Assembly: GCA_964016885.1 (NCBI GenBank)
Contig: OZ024742.1
Location: forward strand, 188,976,001 to 189,040,000
Direction of reading: 5' to 3'
Origin: Eledone cirrhosa
Taxonomy: Eukaryota
Length of the DNA: 64,000 nt
Shown: positions 1-12,589 of the stretch, piece after piece
Layout: each line of letters starts with the position of its first letter
Position numbering within the stretch: the stretch's first letter is position 1
The notes under the pieces: model-generated
What the model was told of the DNA's origin: nothing
The model's database searches: none
The model's input: the letters and a program-made list of their open reading frames with translations, nothing else
Position numbers and translations under genes: made by a program

Positions 1-135
1 TCAGTTAAGATTTCTTTGTTTAATTTATTCACTGTTTCAGACTTCAGAAAATGTTCTCAATGTTGTTGTTATTGTTATTGTCAATGTAACTACACACTGT
101 TCTCACTATCCCCTTTATGTATGTATTTATGTATG

Positions 136-195
<60 letters not shown>

Positions 196-243
196 CGTGT
201 GTGTGTGTGTATGTATGTATGTATGTATATATGTATGTATGTT

Positions 244-274
<31 letters not shown>

Positions 275-410
275 ATGTATGTATATATGTATGTATATAT
301 GTATGTTTATATATATATATATATGTATGTTTTCTCTTTCTCTTAATTTCGAGTATATTTTTTTGACCGGCCACCTTCCTGGTGGCAAGGTTGTAAAAGA
401 AAAGAAATTG

Positions 411-1169
411 TCATCCCTTGAATCGCAAGAATGTTTTGCATATTTTGAAGGTGCCAGCTATCGCAGCCAATTGTAGACTATGAATTAGGGAGCTGCGCTT
501 TTTGTCCGCAAATCCAAGTTCGGTCATACTTTGGTCCAAGCGGGTTGGTATATAACCCGTAGCACCAATAATGATGGGTATGAAGCTAAAGGTGTATCTT
601 GGATACTGGATTTGTAAGCTCCTCATCAATGGTCCGTAGATGTCCTCCTTCTCCTGTATTTTTCTGACAACGTTTACATCAAGTGGGCAGCTGATCTCCA
701 CAACAGAACACGTTTTCAATGTGTGGTCCCAAACTACAATATCAGGCCGGTTGTGCTTTAATTTGGTGGCAGTTTTTATTTTCAGGTTCCACCAGTATTC
801 CTTAGTGCCATCTGTCTCAATATATTCTTCCTCGTTTGTTGTTAATTTTGTTTTCCGAAGTGCGTTCCAGATAGTTCTAGCTATCCCATCGTGTCTCATG
901 GGGAGGTAGTAGCGAGATGACATTCTTTCGCAGCTGGCAACAATGTGGCTTACATCCTCGATCTTTGTTTTACATAGCCTACATTTATTGTCAGCTGCTG
1001 GCCCTCCTCTTTTGTGCAGCAGATATTTGGTAGGGAGTTCTTGTTCCTGTATTGCATAGAGATATCCCTCAAGGTGTGATGTCATAAACTTGTCGGAACT
1101 CCATGCCAGGCTTTTTGAGTGGTTTATCCCCTCTATGGTCTGTGTTTTACGCCTCAAGTATCCATGCAC
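411..1169 (-). CDS. R4/Dong-type ORF, C-terminal zinc knuckle + RLE endonuclease part (252 aa); continuation of 1189..3921 across a 1-nt frameshift
   Basis: CRLC...HIVASC (CCHC), [11 protein letters not shown]...VEISCP...EK (PD-(D/E)xK type). Removing one A from the A10 run (T-run at 1193-1202) fuses the frames: [17 protein letters not shown]. Confidence 0.9.
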   Translation of the reverse strand: MHGYLRRKTQTIEGINHSKSLAWSSDKFMTSHLEGYLYAIQEQELPTKYLLHKRGGPAADNKCRLCKTKIEDVSHIVASCERMSSRYYLPMRHDGIARTIWNALRKTKLTTNEEEYIETDGTKEYWWNLKIKTATKLKHNRPDIVVWDHTLKTCSVVEISCPLDVNVVRKIQEKEDIYGPLMRSLQIQYPRYTFSFIPIIIGATGYIPTRLDQSMTELGFADKKRSSLIHSLQLAAIAGTFKICKTFLRFKG

Positions 1170-1188
1170 AACTTTCTCTGTAAATTGG

Positions 1189-3921
1189 TCAATTTTTTTT
1201 TTCTTGTTTGAACATTGAATAGGATCTTCCGATTTCTCTGGGTGAGAGATTTATATCAGGCTTTATTCCATATCTCTCCTCCAGATCAGTCGCTATTCTA
1301 ATGATATTTCTTTTTTCATGCTCATAAACCTGAGCAAGATGGTCGCCAACCTTTTTCCTCTGTTGAAGGTGTTGCTTCAGTGTTACTATCCGGGTCTCAT
1401 ATGTTGTTAATATTGATTTTAGACCCCGGCCACCTTCCTTGCGTGAGAAGTATAGCCTATCCACATCACCATTGATGTTAAAGTTCCCAGTAACACTGAG
1501 AAGTTTACGAGTTCTAACATCCATCTCACTTAGTTCTTGCAATGACCAGTTCAGTAGGCCAAATGTTGGCGTTATAATTGGCACAGCATAGGTATTGTGG
1601 GCAATGTATTTGTTGTATGCTGACAGTTCTGATGACCATATTTTTTTTACTCTTCTGAGGTATTCAGTTCTGGTTCTCTCCTTATTTATGGGTCCATCAT
1701 ATCTGACATTCTCATCCTGTCCAAGATATCTGTAGTTGTCACCTGACTGCAGAGGTTGTATTGTCAGGCCGTTCATATCTAGATTTCTAGAGGAGGGCAC
1801 AGCTCTTCCACGTTTTACTGCCAAATATGCACACTTGGACTCACCAAATTTCATTTTGATGTCGGTTGAAAATTGTGTAATGAGGTCCAATTGTTTCTTG
1901 ATGTCATTGATATTTGGCCCATACAACTTCAGGTCATCAACAAAGAAAAGATGGGAGATACTTCTGGGCCCACTTCTTTGTCCACCTTGTTTCCTGAGTA
2001 GGTAAGATAGTGGATTCAGTGAGAGAACGAAGAGTAGTACTGACAAGCTATCACCCTGAAAGATGCCCTTCTGGTAATGTATCCTATCAGTCTTAACCTG
2101 CTCCTTCTCACCTCTAAGGATCAAATTGGTGTACCAGTTCTTGGTCAGGCGTTCAACAGCAGCTACTAATGGTTGTGGGACTTTAGCTAACTGTAAAGCC
2201 TTAATAATCCACCCATGAGGTACACTATCAAATGCTTTTTGATAGTCCAGCCACACGACAGTCATGTTTCTGCGATTCTTTGTTGTTTTTTCCTGAATCA
2301 TTTTGTTAGTTAGTAGGTGATCTATGCAACCCCACACCTCCCTCTTTCCACCAGCTTGCTCAGGTGTTATGATGTTGTTGGTAGCACAGTGATCCTGTAA
2401 GAACAGGTTAAGGCACCCAGTATATAATTTATACATGATGTTTTGGCAGGCAATTGGGCGGTAATTTTTAGCAAGGGTGGTTTGGCTATTTTTGGGAATG
2501 AGGAGAGTAGTGGCAGTTGATAACCATCTGGGCAGTTCTTGTGTGCCCTTAATGGTTTCTGTAAACAGCCGTATGAGATCTTGCCGATAGAAAGTGAAAT
2601 TCTTCAACCAGTATCCTGTAATGAGGTCTGGGCCTGGCGATTTCCTATTCGACATTTTCTGTAGAGCTGTTTCCAGTATTGACCCATCTATGTCATATTG
2701 TTTTGGCTGGACATGTTGGCAGTAGTCCTGTTCCAGTTGTTTTAGCCAATTAGCTTGTCTGTTGAATCCGTCATCCGTTTCCCATACAGATCTCCAGTAG
2801 TTCTCAACCTGTTCTTTTGAAGGGGTGTCGTTTACAGGGATTGAGCTTTTGCCACCGAAGCTGCGATAAACTGATTTAGGATCTCTGGCAAACAATCTAT
2901 TTAGCACTTGTCGTTTATGGGCTGTTGACTTATATTTTAGTCTTTCTGTTGTAGCTGTGAGTTGTTGTTTCAACTGGTGTAATTTGGAGTTCAAAGTTTT
3001 AAATTTGGTATCTCCAAATCGTCTCTCTAACTTTTTCTTTAGGTCTTCCTGGTGTCGTGTGAAGTTTCTCTCTATGTTGCATTTCATAACGACTGCGATG
3101 TGTGAGATACTTCGTCTCAGGGACAAAATTTTGGTTTTTAAATTTCGCATCCACGCTGGTTCAGGCTTTCTGTTTGTATCTTGATTGCGTGGTTTTAGAT
3201 GTGTGTTATATGATAGCAATGTGACAGCTGAAACATATAACAAAACATTGAGCGTTTCAAATGTCGTTTCTACACCTTTAGATCGTATAGCCTTCAGATA
3301 ATTGCCAGCTATTTCGTTCACCGCTTCCAATTCCAATTTAGTGGGTTCTTTACTGACTCTAGTGTTGTATGGTCTGTCACTCACATTAAGGCTGTGTATC
3401 TCTTGAAACATATCGTTCCATATCACTTGTAGGGTGCCCACAAGTTTTTGGTGCTCTGTTTGTTCAGTAGAGTCATGAATTGCAGCCTCGTTGTTGATGT
3501 GGTGACAATTACTACTAGAGTCAGCTGACCTTTCTCGCTGTTCTTCAGTGGAAGTGGGATGGATTTCAGCAAAATTGTTGGTGAGCTGTTCACTGTTAGA
3601 TTTAGCCGGCCATTCTCTTTGTCTGTCAGTGGAGGTGGGGTGGTTGTCTACAAGGGCTGTATTTGTAGTATCACTCGATTCCGTTAGATGTATCAATTTA
3701 CATCTAATGATACGTTTTGCCTGTTCATTTAGATGCTTTGGAGAAAAGTCTAATTCTGGGTGTTTGGAGTTCCATAAAGTTTTTAGCCTTTGCATAAAAC
3801 CGAACTTTTGGGGTTCAGATTGTTTGTATGCTTCATATAATTCTTTGTTAAGCTCGTAGCTCCACTGTATACAACGGTTGTAATTGCGATTTGGTCGAAG
3901 GAGACTTGTACTTTTTGCCAT
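1189..3921 (-). CDS. R4/Dong-type ORF, N-terminal and reverse transcriptase part (910 aa)
   Basis: Motifs KSPGPD, NYRPIAC, WLDYQKAFDSVPH, GIFQGDSLS, HLFFVDDLKLY, YRYLG, RLYFSRKEGGRGL. The N-terminal W..E.N..LY motif is shared with the other two R4-like ORFs. Confidence 0.93.
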   Translation of the reverse strand: MAKSTSLLRPNRNYNRCIQWSYELNKELYEAYKQSEPQKFGFMQRLKTLWNSKHPELDFSPKHLNEQAKRIIRCKLIHLTESSDTTNTALVDNHPTSTDRQREWPAKSNSEQLTNNFAEIHPTSTEEQRERSADSSSNCHHINNEAAIHDSTEQTEHQKLVGTLQVIWNDMFQEIHSLNVSDRPYNTRVSKEPTKLELEAVNEIAGNYLKAIRSKGVETTFETLNVLLYVSAVTLLSYNTHLKPRNQDTNRKPEPAWMRNLKTKILSLRRSISHIAVVMKCNIERNFTRHQEDLKKKLERRFGDTKFKTLNSKLHQLKQQLTATTERLKYKSTAHKRQVLNRLFARDPKSVYRSFGGKSSIPVNDTPSKEQVENYWRSVWETDDGFNRQANWLKQLEQDYCQHVQPKQYDIDGSILETALQKMSNRKSPGPDLITGYWLKNFTFYRQDLIRLFTETIKGTQELPRWLSTATTLLIPKNSQTTLAKNYRPIACQNIMYKLYTGCLNLFLQDHCATNNIITPEQAGGKREVWGCIDHLLTNKMIQEKTTKNRRNMTVVWLDYQKAFDSVPHGWIIKALQLAKVPQPLVAAVERLTKNWYTNLILRGEKEQVKTDRIHYQKGIFQGDSLSVLLFVLSLNPLSYLLRKQGGQRSGPRSISHLFFVDDLKLYGPNINDIKKQLDLITQFSTDIKMKFGESKCAYLAVKRGRAVPSSRNLDMNGLTIQPLQSGDNYRYLGQDENVRYDGPINKERTRTEYLRRVKKIWSSELSAYNKYIAHNTYAVPIITPTFGLLNWSLQELSEMDVRTRKLLSVTGNFNINGDVDRLYFSRKEGGRGLKSILTTYETRIVTLKQHLQQRKKVGDHLAQVYEHEKRNIIRIATDLEERYGIKPDINLSPREIGRSYSMFKQEKKN

Positions 3922-4255
3922 GATGAGTTCGTCTATTCACTAATATTTTGTATTTATTTTTTTTAAATAGTCGATGATCTTCTTTAAAAGTTACGACATA
4001 AGTTATGTATGTATATATGTGTGTATGTATGAATACATGTATGTATGCATGTATGAATGTATATATATATAGCCGACTGTGGAACTATTGCTCTTTCAGC
4101 TGCTTTCAACGGCAAGAGCTCAGCCGACGGTCCCAGTTCTTTCTAATATAGTCACTCTACTATCCCAAGTATCCAATACTATGTTGAACAATGGTCTAAC
4201 TAGTTTAATGCTAGTTCAATACTCATATATACATACATACATATATATTTACATA

Positions 4256-4303
<48 letters not shown>

Positions 4304-4363
4304 GAAACACACAGATACATGCGGACGCACACATATATACATGAATGCATCCGCACCCAACTG

Positions 4364-4419
<56 letters not shown>

Positions 4420-4929
4420 AATATGTATATACATACATATATATATATGTGTGTGTATTTAAATATGTATATATATATATATATATGCCTACCTATAAAC
4501 CTACCTTTGTATCACGATTGTTATACGTTTGTTTATTCATACAATTTCTTACCCAACTATTGTAATTGTTATTCATTATCATTTTGCTGAACCTGATCTT
4601 TGTCATGTTATTACTGTCCATTTTTATACTTGTTTGTGTTCTTTTATAAAACCCAATTATTTGATTGATTTATCGATTATTTCCTATATATTTACTTCGT
4701 TATTTTACTTTGTTTCAACTTCACCTATTCGAGAAAAGTCCGTTTTTTTAAAATAGTTATAAACCTATAAGTACATGTATTTATGTGTGACTGTGTTTGT
4801 ATTATACGTGGTTATATATTAGTATATATTTGTATATTTCAATTTTATTTCACAATTTCCCTCGCATTTCTTTCAATCTAGTATCAATGTATTGTCACAT
4901 AATTTATCAATATATACACATACATGGTA

Positions 4930-5060
<131 letters not shown>

Positions 5061-5269
5061 ATTAGGTTTTATATAATCATATTTTTTCTCTACATTTTAT
5101 TTATTTTATACTTAAATTACTTTATTTCATTTTATTATTCGAAAGGCAATAAACTAGAAATTGCACTTGTAGTGTAATTGGTTTTTATATTATTCTCTCT
5201 CTGTAAAAAATGACATTAGATGGTCTGCTGTTTACTATAACAATAGTAGGAATATTTCAATACAACTTC

Positions 5270-6200
5270 TCTTGGAGTCTTAACTTCGGTGGTAGGCATA
5301 ATTTAAATGGTAGACTTCACTTGAGTGGTAGACATAACTTGATTTGTAGAGGCTTCACTTGAGTGGCAGACTTCATTTGAGTCGTAGACATAACTTGGGT
5401 GGTATACGTCACTTGCGTGGTAGACTTCCCACATGTGGTAGACTTCACTGGAGTGGTAGACATAACTTGGGTGGTATACGTCACCAGGGTGGTAGACATC
5501 ACTTATGTGGTAGACTCCATTTAATTGGTAGACATCACTTGACTGATAGACATAATTTGAGTGGTAGATTTCACGTGCGTCATAAACATAACTTGAGTGG
5601 TAGATGTCACTTGAGTGGAGGTGTTAGATGAGTGGTATACGTCACTAGAGTGGCAGACTTCATTTGGCTGGTAATCATCACTTGAGTGTTAGGCTGCACT
5701 TGGATGGCAGAGTTTCAATTGGGTGGTAAAAGTTAGATGAGTCGTAGATCTAACTTTGTTGGTAGACATACCTCAAATGGCAGATATAACTTAGGTTGGA
5801 GGCTTCACTTGAGTATAGACATAACCTGAATGGTAGGGTTCACTTGAGTGATAGACTTAACTTAAGAAGCAGACATAACTTGAATTGCAGGCTTACTTTG
5901 AGTGGCAGAGGTAGCTTGAGTGTTACACTTGAATTGGGTGGTATACTTGACTTGAGTGATATATTTGACTTGATTGGTAGACTTGATATCAGTTTCAAGC
6001 CTTACTTAGTTTTTAATTAGTTGTAGTTTTCGCTCGTGTGGTACTCATTACTTGAATGGCAGACTTTATTTAAATAGAAGTCTTAACATGAGTTGTAGAC
6101 TTACTTTGAATGGTAGATTTCACTTGAGTGGAAGACTTAACTTGGAGGGTACGCCTTAACGGGAATGGCAGACTTCAAAAATTTCACTTAAGCGTTAGGC
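5270..6200. repeat. 18-bp degenerate minisatellite (consensus ~GAGTGGTAGACTTCACTT / GGGTGGTAGACATAACTT)
   Basis: GGTAGAC...ACTT recurs with 18-nt period for about 900 bp. Confidence 0.85.
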
Positions 6201-6499
6201 ATATATGGTCAACCGGTTTAATACTCTAGCTTGCCATTTGGGTGTCTTTAATGGAGTCGACTTTGTTGTAAGGCCCCGGACTGGGTCTCAGTTTGATGAT
6301 GTCTTGGTCCCAGCAACATCAGAAACACTTATAATAAAATCCTTCCCTCTCGGTCTTAACAAAAAACAAAAATCATCTTTAAGTATCATTGCTGAATATA
6401 CAGTAATAGGTTATAGGTTTATTTACTACGAAAATTTGTTCATAGTTTTCGATAGAGGAAATGCAATAGCATTTGTGTGTGGTTGTTAAACTGTTCTTT

Positions 6500-6905
6500 A
6501 GTATGGCTTTGATATTCCTTCCCCTTACGTTCTGAGGTCAAATCCCACTGAGGTCAACTTTGCCTTTCATCCTTTCGCGATTGATAAAACAAAGTGCCTG
6601 CCAAGTACTGGAGTCGGCTGAATCGACTTTCCAAAATGACTAGTCGTGTACCTAAATTCGAAATCATTATTGTGGCTGTGATAAGGGCGGTGGATTAGCA
6701 GATTCGCTAGAGTTTCGGACAGCATGCTTAGTGGCATATAATTACGGCCCTTTACTTTCTGAGTACACATCTTGCCGATGTTATCTTTGCCTTTCATATT
6801 TACGGGGTCGATAAAATACAGTTCCAGTCACACACTGGAGTCGATTTAATCGACCCCCCCCCCCTCCGAAAAAAAATTCCTGGCCTTGTAGCCTAATCAT
6901 TATAA
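6500..6905 (+). mobile_element. Two tandem diverged tRNA-type SINE copies
   Basis: Both carry the family core ctttgcctttcat...cggggtcgataaaata and a ccttgt...att tail. Confidence 0.75.
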
Positions 6906-8019
6906 TGACTGGGATATTCTCATGCAAAAGTCAAAGTTATAGGGTAAATATGTGGGATCGACTATCAAACACATTCTATTTTCGTGACGTTCGAAAACAT
7001 GCTACGAATCCCAAAGCTTTATCAGTAAGCGGAAGCAAAATTGGTGACTAAATGAATAAAAAACCAAAGATTTGCAGGACAGCACCGTTGTATCTATTCC
7101 TCAAATCATGACCTACTACTTAAATAAGTAACTGCAAATCTTATAAACAATTACTCTACCATATGTTAGAATATACTATCGTAAAATTTAATTTATTTAT
7201 TGTAACATTGATATTCAGTATAATGCATTGGTTCACAAATGCTGAGCTCTTTTCCGCGGAGAACTAGGATCGAATTTTATATAAGATACTTGGAAAACCA
7301 AACTTTTAGGACAATGAGAAGCGATTGATTTTATTATATAATATATACCGTATTTGGAACACAAAGGACACTGTCACTTGACTGCGTTTACCATAGCAAC
7401 CAACGCTTTTAATTGTGTGCTGCAATAGTAAATTATAATTATATAATCCTTTCAATTTGGTAGCTTTTACTTAATTGTTCATCAAACAAATTTCTACCAA
7501 ATCAAACCCTAGCTTATTCATAAATATATAATAGGTCGTGATGGCCACAGTTGGATTGTTTTTGTTACTAGGTCTGAATTGCAATAAACTATAATAATGA
7601 TAACAACAAGAGTAATACAGTGGATAGCAACTGGTGTGTATATACAAGAGCAAAATTTAGTAATACCAAATTCAGCATTGAAATCTAGACAAATACTATG
7701 GAGTGAATAGTTCGGAATAGAACTATCCTTTTCACTACTTTCAACAGTCAATAATTGCGCGATCAACATAGTTTCTTGTGTTAACACTCTTTTCACCAAA
7801 CTACCCGTTAATGGAATGCTTTCTTTTTATAAAATATTGTTAAATAGGGTAACTTTGTATTGACTGTTGACATGAACGATTCGGCGCCATGCTGTTATCT
7901 AGATTTATTCAGGGGTTTTATTTCAATGTTTTAATTTTTTTTACTCACACCCATGAATAGTAATGTGTTAAATAAACGATAATGTTCGGTTTAATAAGGG
8001 AATCTGTCAGAACAGCATT

Positions 8020-8200
8020 ATTGGCAGTATCAGTAGAGGGTCGGACGCCATGCTTTCCAGCATAGTTACGTCCCTTTACGATCTGAGTTCAAATCCCGCT
8101 GAGGTTGAATTTGCCTTTCATCCTTACGGGGTAGATAAAATAAAGTACCAGTAATACACTGGGTAATTGCTGGCCTTGTGCCTAAAGTAGAAACAATTAT
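8020..8200 (+). mobile_element. tRNA-derived SINE (main family in window)
   Basis: B-box-like GAGTTCAAATCCC (8085-8097), core GCCTTTCATCCTTACGGGG..GATAAAATAAAGTACCAG (resembles the Deu/Nin SINE domain, from memory), tail ccttgtgcctaaagtagaaacaattat. Confidence 0.85.
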
Positions 8201-8636
8201 ATCACTACAATCATTATAATCATTTTCCAGCCTGATCTTCTATTCATGCATGGTTTGGATCGGTCGACGAGCTACTTTCTCTATTCCTTTGTCGTCTACT
8301 ATGTAAGGTTTAGCTTTCTGTGGTCATCTTTAACAAATTTCTGCAAACTGTTTCCATGGCTTATTCAAATTTTCCCTTTCCTTTGTAAGCTTTAACATTC
8401 TCAGATAATCTCAGATAATCATATATATATATACATATGTGTGTATGTGTGTCTGGAAGTGGCTATTGAAACGGCAAAAACTCAGCTGTCGTGTCGGGAC
8501 TCTTTCTAAAACACACACACACATACACCCCCCCCCCCCCCACACACACACACACATTTATATATATATATAAGTATGAAGAAAGTGCTAGCCGGTATCT
8601 GGAAGATACAGGCTAGCACTATAAATGCATATATAT

Positions 8637-8694
<58 letters not shown>

Positions 8695-8781
8695 CGCTCT
8701 CTCTCTCTCTCTTTATATATATATATATGTGTGTGTGTGTATGTGTGTGTGTGTGTATGTGTGTGTGCGCGCGCGCGCGTG

Positions 8782-8813
<32 letters not shown>

Positions 8814-8878
8814 CACATACACATATATATATGCATGATGCATACACACACACACAGACACACACACGCATACACACA

Positions 8879-8950
<72 letters not shown>

Positions 8951-9243
8951 TATAGAGTCGTAATCAATTATTACTTTGTTCTTAGCAACAAGGAAAACAT
9001 TAATCATGTACTCAACTTTTCTCCTTTTCTCCATTATTGACTCAATTGAAATATAGTCAATCGTAGGAATCAGTATAACATATACTTCTAATATAATTGG
9101 TTTGATAATAAGAAATTTGATGTTTAAATATTGGCAATCAATATTTAACATTGATTGACCAACGGTTAAAAATACAGATATAAATATATATATATAGTCT
9201 ATCAAAGTTCTTTCGTTGCAGATCTGCCATTTTTGTTCTATGT

Positions 9244-9279
<36 letters not shown>

Positions 9280-9977
9280 AGTGGAAGCTTAGTCAAATCG
9301 AAGCTTTGGCCGTGGGCAAGCAAAGTCGACCTACAATATGAATGAGTTAACAAAGCACTCAATAAGGGTAGGTCCTTAGAGTAATAAAATACGTTTAAAT
9401 AACTTGACAAATTGAACATTGAACACATAATACCAAAATAACGAAAAAACTAACAGGTTAAAAACATACACCTGGACAAATCAAACGATATACGTTTAAA
9501 GTGTTTCTATGAATCCGAAATCCAATATCCGACTTACGTAACAGACACGCTCGTGATATTCCATGATCGAACAGAGGATTCATTTCATCAACAGGGATTC
9601 CGTTCTGCAAAAAATCGGAGTGGACGAGCTAAATACTGCTGCTATAAACCAGACATCGTACACTTAGTTGTCCCGTGTTATTTCCAACAAGGGAAGCAAC
9701 CCCCGGATTTTGGCGAGTAGATTCAAAGTTTTAACAAAGGAAATATAATTTCCGCTAACATTCCGAATAAAAGCTCTCAACCAGATATTATTAAACAAAC
9801 ACAAATAATTAACCAATCAACAGAATTAATCAGTTAATTATATATATATATATATATATCAGTTAATAATATATATTAATATATATATATATAAAATAAT
9901 ATATATTAATAATTATACATATATTAATAATATATATTAATAATTATATATATATATATATGTATATGTGTGTGTGT

Positions 9978-10041
<64 letters not shown>

Positions 10042-10204
10042 GATAACAATAAATCGTTAAAGGTAATCCGATAAGAGTCTGTGAAAACTACTAATCATTG
10101 ACAGTTTAAGCGTACGGTGCTGTGTGACTCAACAAGAGGTTTACGTATGTGACGACTTTATGACTTCACCTGTATTCCTATGTAAATATATCCTCGAGTA
10201 ATAA

Positions 10205-10402
10205 AAAGGTGAAGAATAACATGGTCAACAGTACAAACAACGAGATTTATTTACAGTCTGACAATTGTTTCCATGATAAACTTGTCTAGAAATTGCTGTT
10301 TCAGTGTTTAGCAATTTCTAGACAACTCTATCATGGAAACAATTGTTAGACTGTAAATAAATCTCCTTGTTTGTACTGTTGACCATGCTATTCTTCACTT
10401 TT
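10205..10402. repeat. ~200-bp near-perfect fold-back (inverted repeat), arms ~90 bp
   Basis: gtgaagaataacatggtcaacagtacaaacaa...ctagaaattgct / agcaatttctag...ttgtttgtactgttgaccatgctattcttcac. Confidence 0.9.
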
Positions 10403-10449
10403 ATATATATATATATAATATAAATATATATATTATATATATATATATA

Positions 10450-10640
10450 TTGTACATAGAACAAAAATGGCGTAGACATTATAATACAATACAATAGGAG
10501 GTTACATAATAATAGTACCCCTGATGATGTTGCAGATGTGCAACAAAAACACTTTGATAGACTATATATATATATATTTATATCTGCATTTTTAACCGTT
10601 GGTTAATCAATGATAAACATTGATTGCCAAATAAATTAAC
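10450..10640 (+). repeat. Dispersed repeat with degenerate hammerhead (CTGATGA t GTTGCA/TGCAAC ...); other copies at ~9120-9248 (-) and ~63570-63755 (+)
   Basis: Three copies share aaaaatggc...actatatata..atatctg..tttaaccgttg..caat..aacattgattgcca. CTGATGA lies at 10521 and 63627. GAAA is intact in the 9120 and 63570 copies. Confidence 0.6.
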
Positions 10641-11029
10641 TATGGAGATATAAAAGATACAGAAGTGAGTGTGTTCTGTTATTATTTCTGGCAATATTAT
10701 TACAACAATGTGGCCCTCCCCAAGTATAAATATATATATATGTGTGAGTGTGTGTGCACGCGTGTTAGTGTGTGTGAGTGTGTGTGTGTGTGTGTTTTAA
10801 AATAACAGATTAAAGTTTAAGCAAATAATGGCTGCTTTCACCCTTAACGGGATCTTCTGAAACTAAAAAGAAAAAACAATCTGTGGACGCAGAAGTAAAT
10901 ATTTCGATAAACGTTGCAACCGAAGGAAAAGAGGAAGACGATACATTGGTTCGGGAAAACGTTCCCTGGCAATGAACGGGAAAAAAGCGAGGATAATTAC
11001 GCCGCTATGTGGAGCGGTGAGAACAATTC

Positions 11030-11199
11030 CCTGCAAAGTGCATTACTGGTACGTTATTTTATCGACACCGTAAGGATGAAAGGCAAATTAACCTCAGCGA
11101 GATTTGAACTCAGAATGCTGGAAATAAACCTACAATCATACGTACATACACACATACACACACATACATACACATATATACAAATAACCATACAATAAC

Positions 11200-11240
<41 letters not shown>

Positions 11241-11268
11241 TATATGTACATACATCCACACCTACACA

Positions 11269-11307
<39 letters not shown>

Positions 11308-12096
11308 GACATATATATAATCATATACATAAAAACACACACATACAGATACATATACATACATACCCATACATACACATATACACACACATATGTATAT
11401 ACATATATATATATACATATATCTATACACACATATATACACACACATATATATTACATATATACGTATACATACAAACACATATATACATACAAATACG
11501 TATATACTCACAAACACATACACATATACAACTACACACATGCATGTATATATATTATACACCTATAACATATACAACATATATACGTACGAAAAGGTAT
11601 ACGTACCTGCACGAACATACGGAGAAGGTATACTTACCTATGCAAATAAGTAATGTTATCTAAACTATAATAAAGGAAGCTCTGCGGGACTGCGTACGGT
11701 TTTTTTTTTATCCCGTTTGTAAAATAAGTTGGATTACTTTGAATAAATAATTATTTCTACGTTAGGCACAAGGCCAGCAATTACTCAGTGTATTACTGGT
11801 ACTTTATTTTATCGACCCCGTAAGGATGAAAGGCAAAGTTAACCTCGGCGGGATTTGAACTCAGAATGGCAATTATTACTTTGAACTCAGAATGGCATTA
11901 TTACTTTGAATAAATAATTGTTTCTACTTTAGGCACAGGGCCAGCAATTAACCAGTGCATTACTGGTACTTTATTTTATCGACCCCGTAAGGACGAAAGG
12001 CAAAGTCAACCTCGGCGGGATTTGAACTCAGATAATAAAGGGACCTAACTATGCTGGAAAGCATGGCGTCCGATCCTCTACCGATACTGCCAATCC
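11030..12096 (-). mobile_element. Three SINE copies (~11030-11118 partial, ~11748-11870 5'-truncated, ~11915-12096 near full)
   Basis: Reverse complement of the SINE core (tttatcgaccccgtaaggatgaaaggcaaag...gggatttgaactcag). The flank attactttgaataaataat is duplicated. Confidence 0.85.
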
Positions 12097-12589
12097 AATG
12101 AATGAATATTACATAATGTATCTACTAAATTTCGTGGCTGTTGATTAAATATATTTTGTTTAATTTAAAGATTCACTTCTTGAAAATGTCTGAAATGTCA
12201 ACACTTCTGTTTGGCCATCGCTTAAATAAACAACTAATTTTCTCCTAATACAGTTCATATATAATATCGTCTTTTTTAATGTATCATGGATTACGTTACT
12301 GATTAAATAAACAGTGTAACGTAGTCTTCGTTCAATTTCTATGTATTATATATTGTCAATTACGATTGTATTTGATGTATCATATCTACATGTATATAAT
12401 ATCAATATACATATAATATCAATATACATACTACACAGGCTAGCAGAAAACCACCCGAAAGGTGGTTTTTTCTGCTAGTAAACATAACATATACTTAGCT
12501 ATCACATCATGATGTATATTATCCGCGTATTGTCCGTACTATGCGTTAGGGTATAATGTGGGGCTGTAATACGGGAAGGTTTTAGGCAA

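Larger units (their letters stand above)
325..4003 (-). mobile_element. R4/Dong-clade non-LTR retrotransposon (RT + CCHC + restriction-like endonuclease), near full length, embedded in (TA)n/(CATA)n microsatellite
   Basis: Two consecutive minus-strand ORFs carry RT and RLE motifs. The short 3' UTR has a GCCACC-aggaa-GGTGGC hairpin. Both flanks run into TA/TATG repeats. Ends are approximate. Confidence 0.9.

Noticed and set aside
16-476. YI/IY, HT, CV, RE and SL-rich ORFs here and throughout the window
   Set aside because: Translations of (TA)n, (CA)n and (GA)n microsatellites, which lack stop codons.
7471-7799. Host exon or small protein (93-aa and 60-aa ORFs)
   Set aside because: No recognisable homology or convincing splice context.
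8020-8100. tRNA gene
   Set aside because: B-box-like motif only; no cloverleaf, and it is part of a multi-copy SINE.
12440-12478. Rho-independent terminator
   Set aside because: Eukaryotic repeat context; kept only as a possible Helitron-end hairpin.
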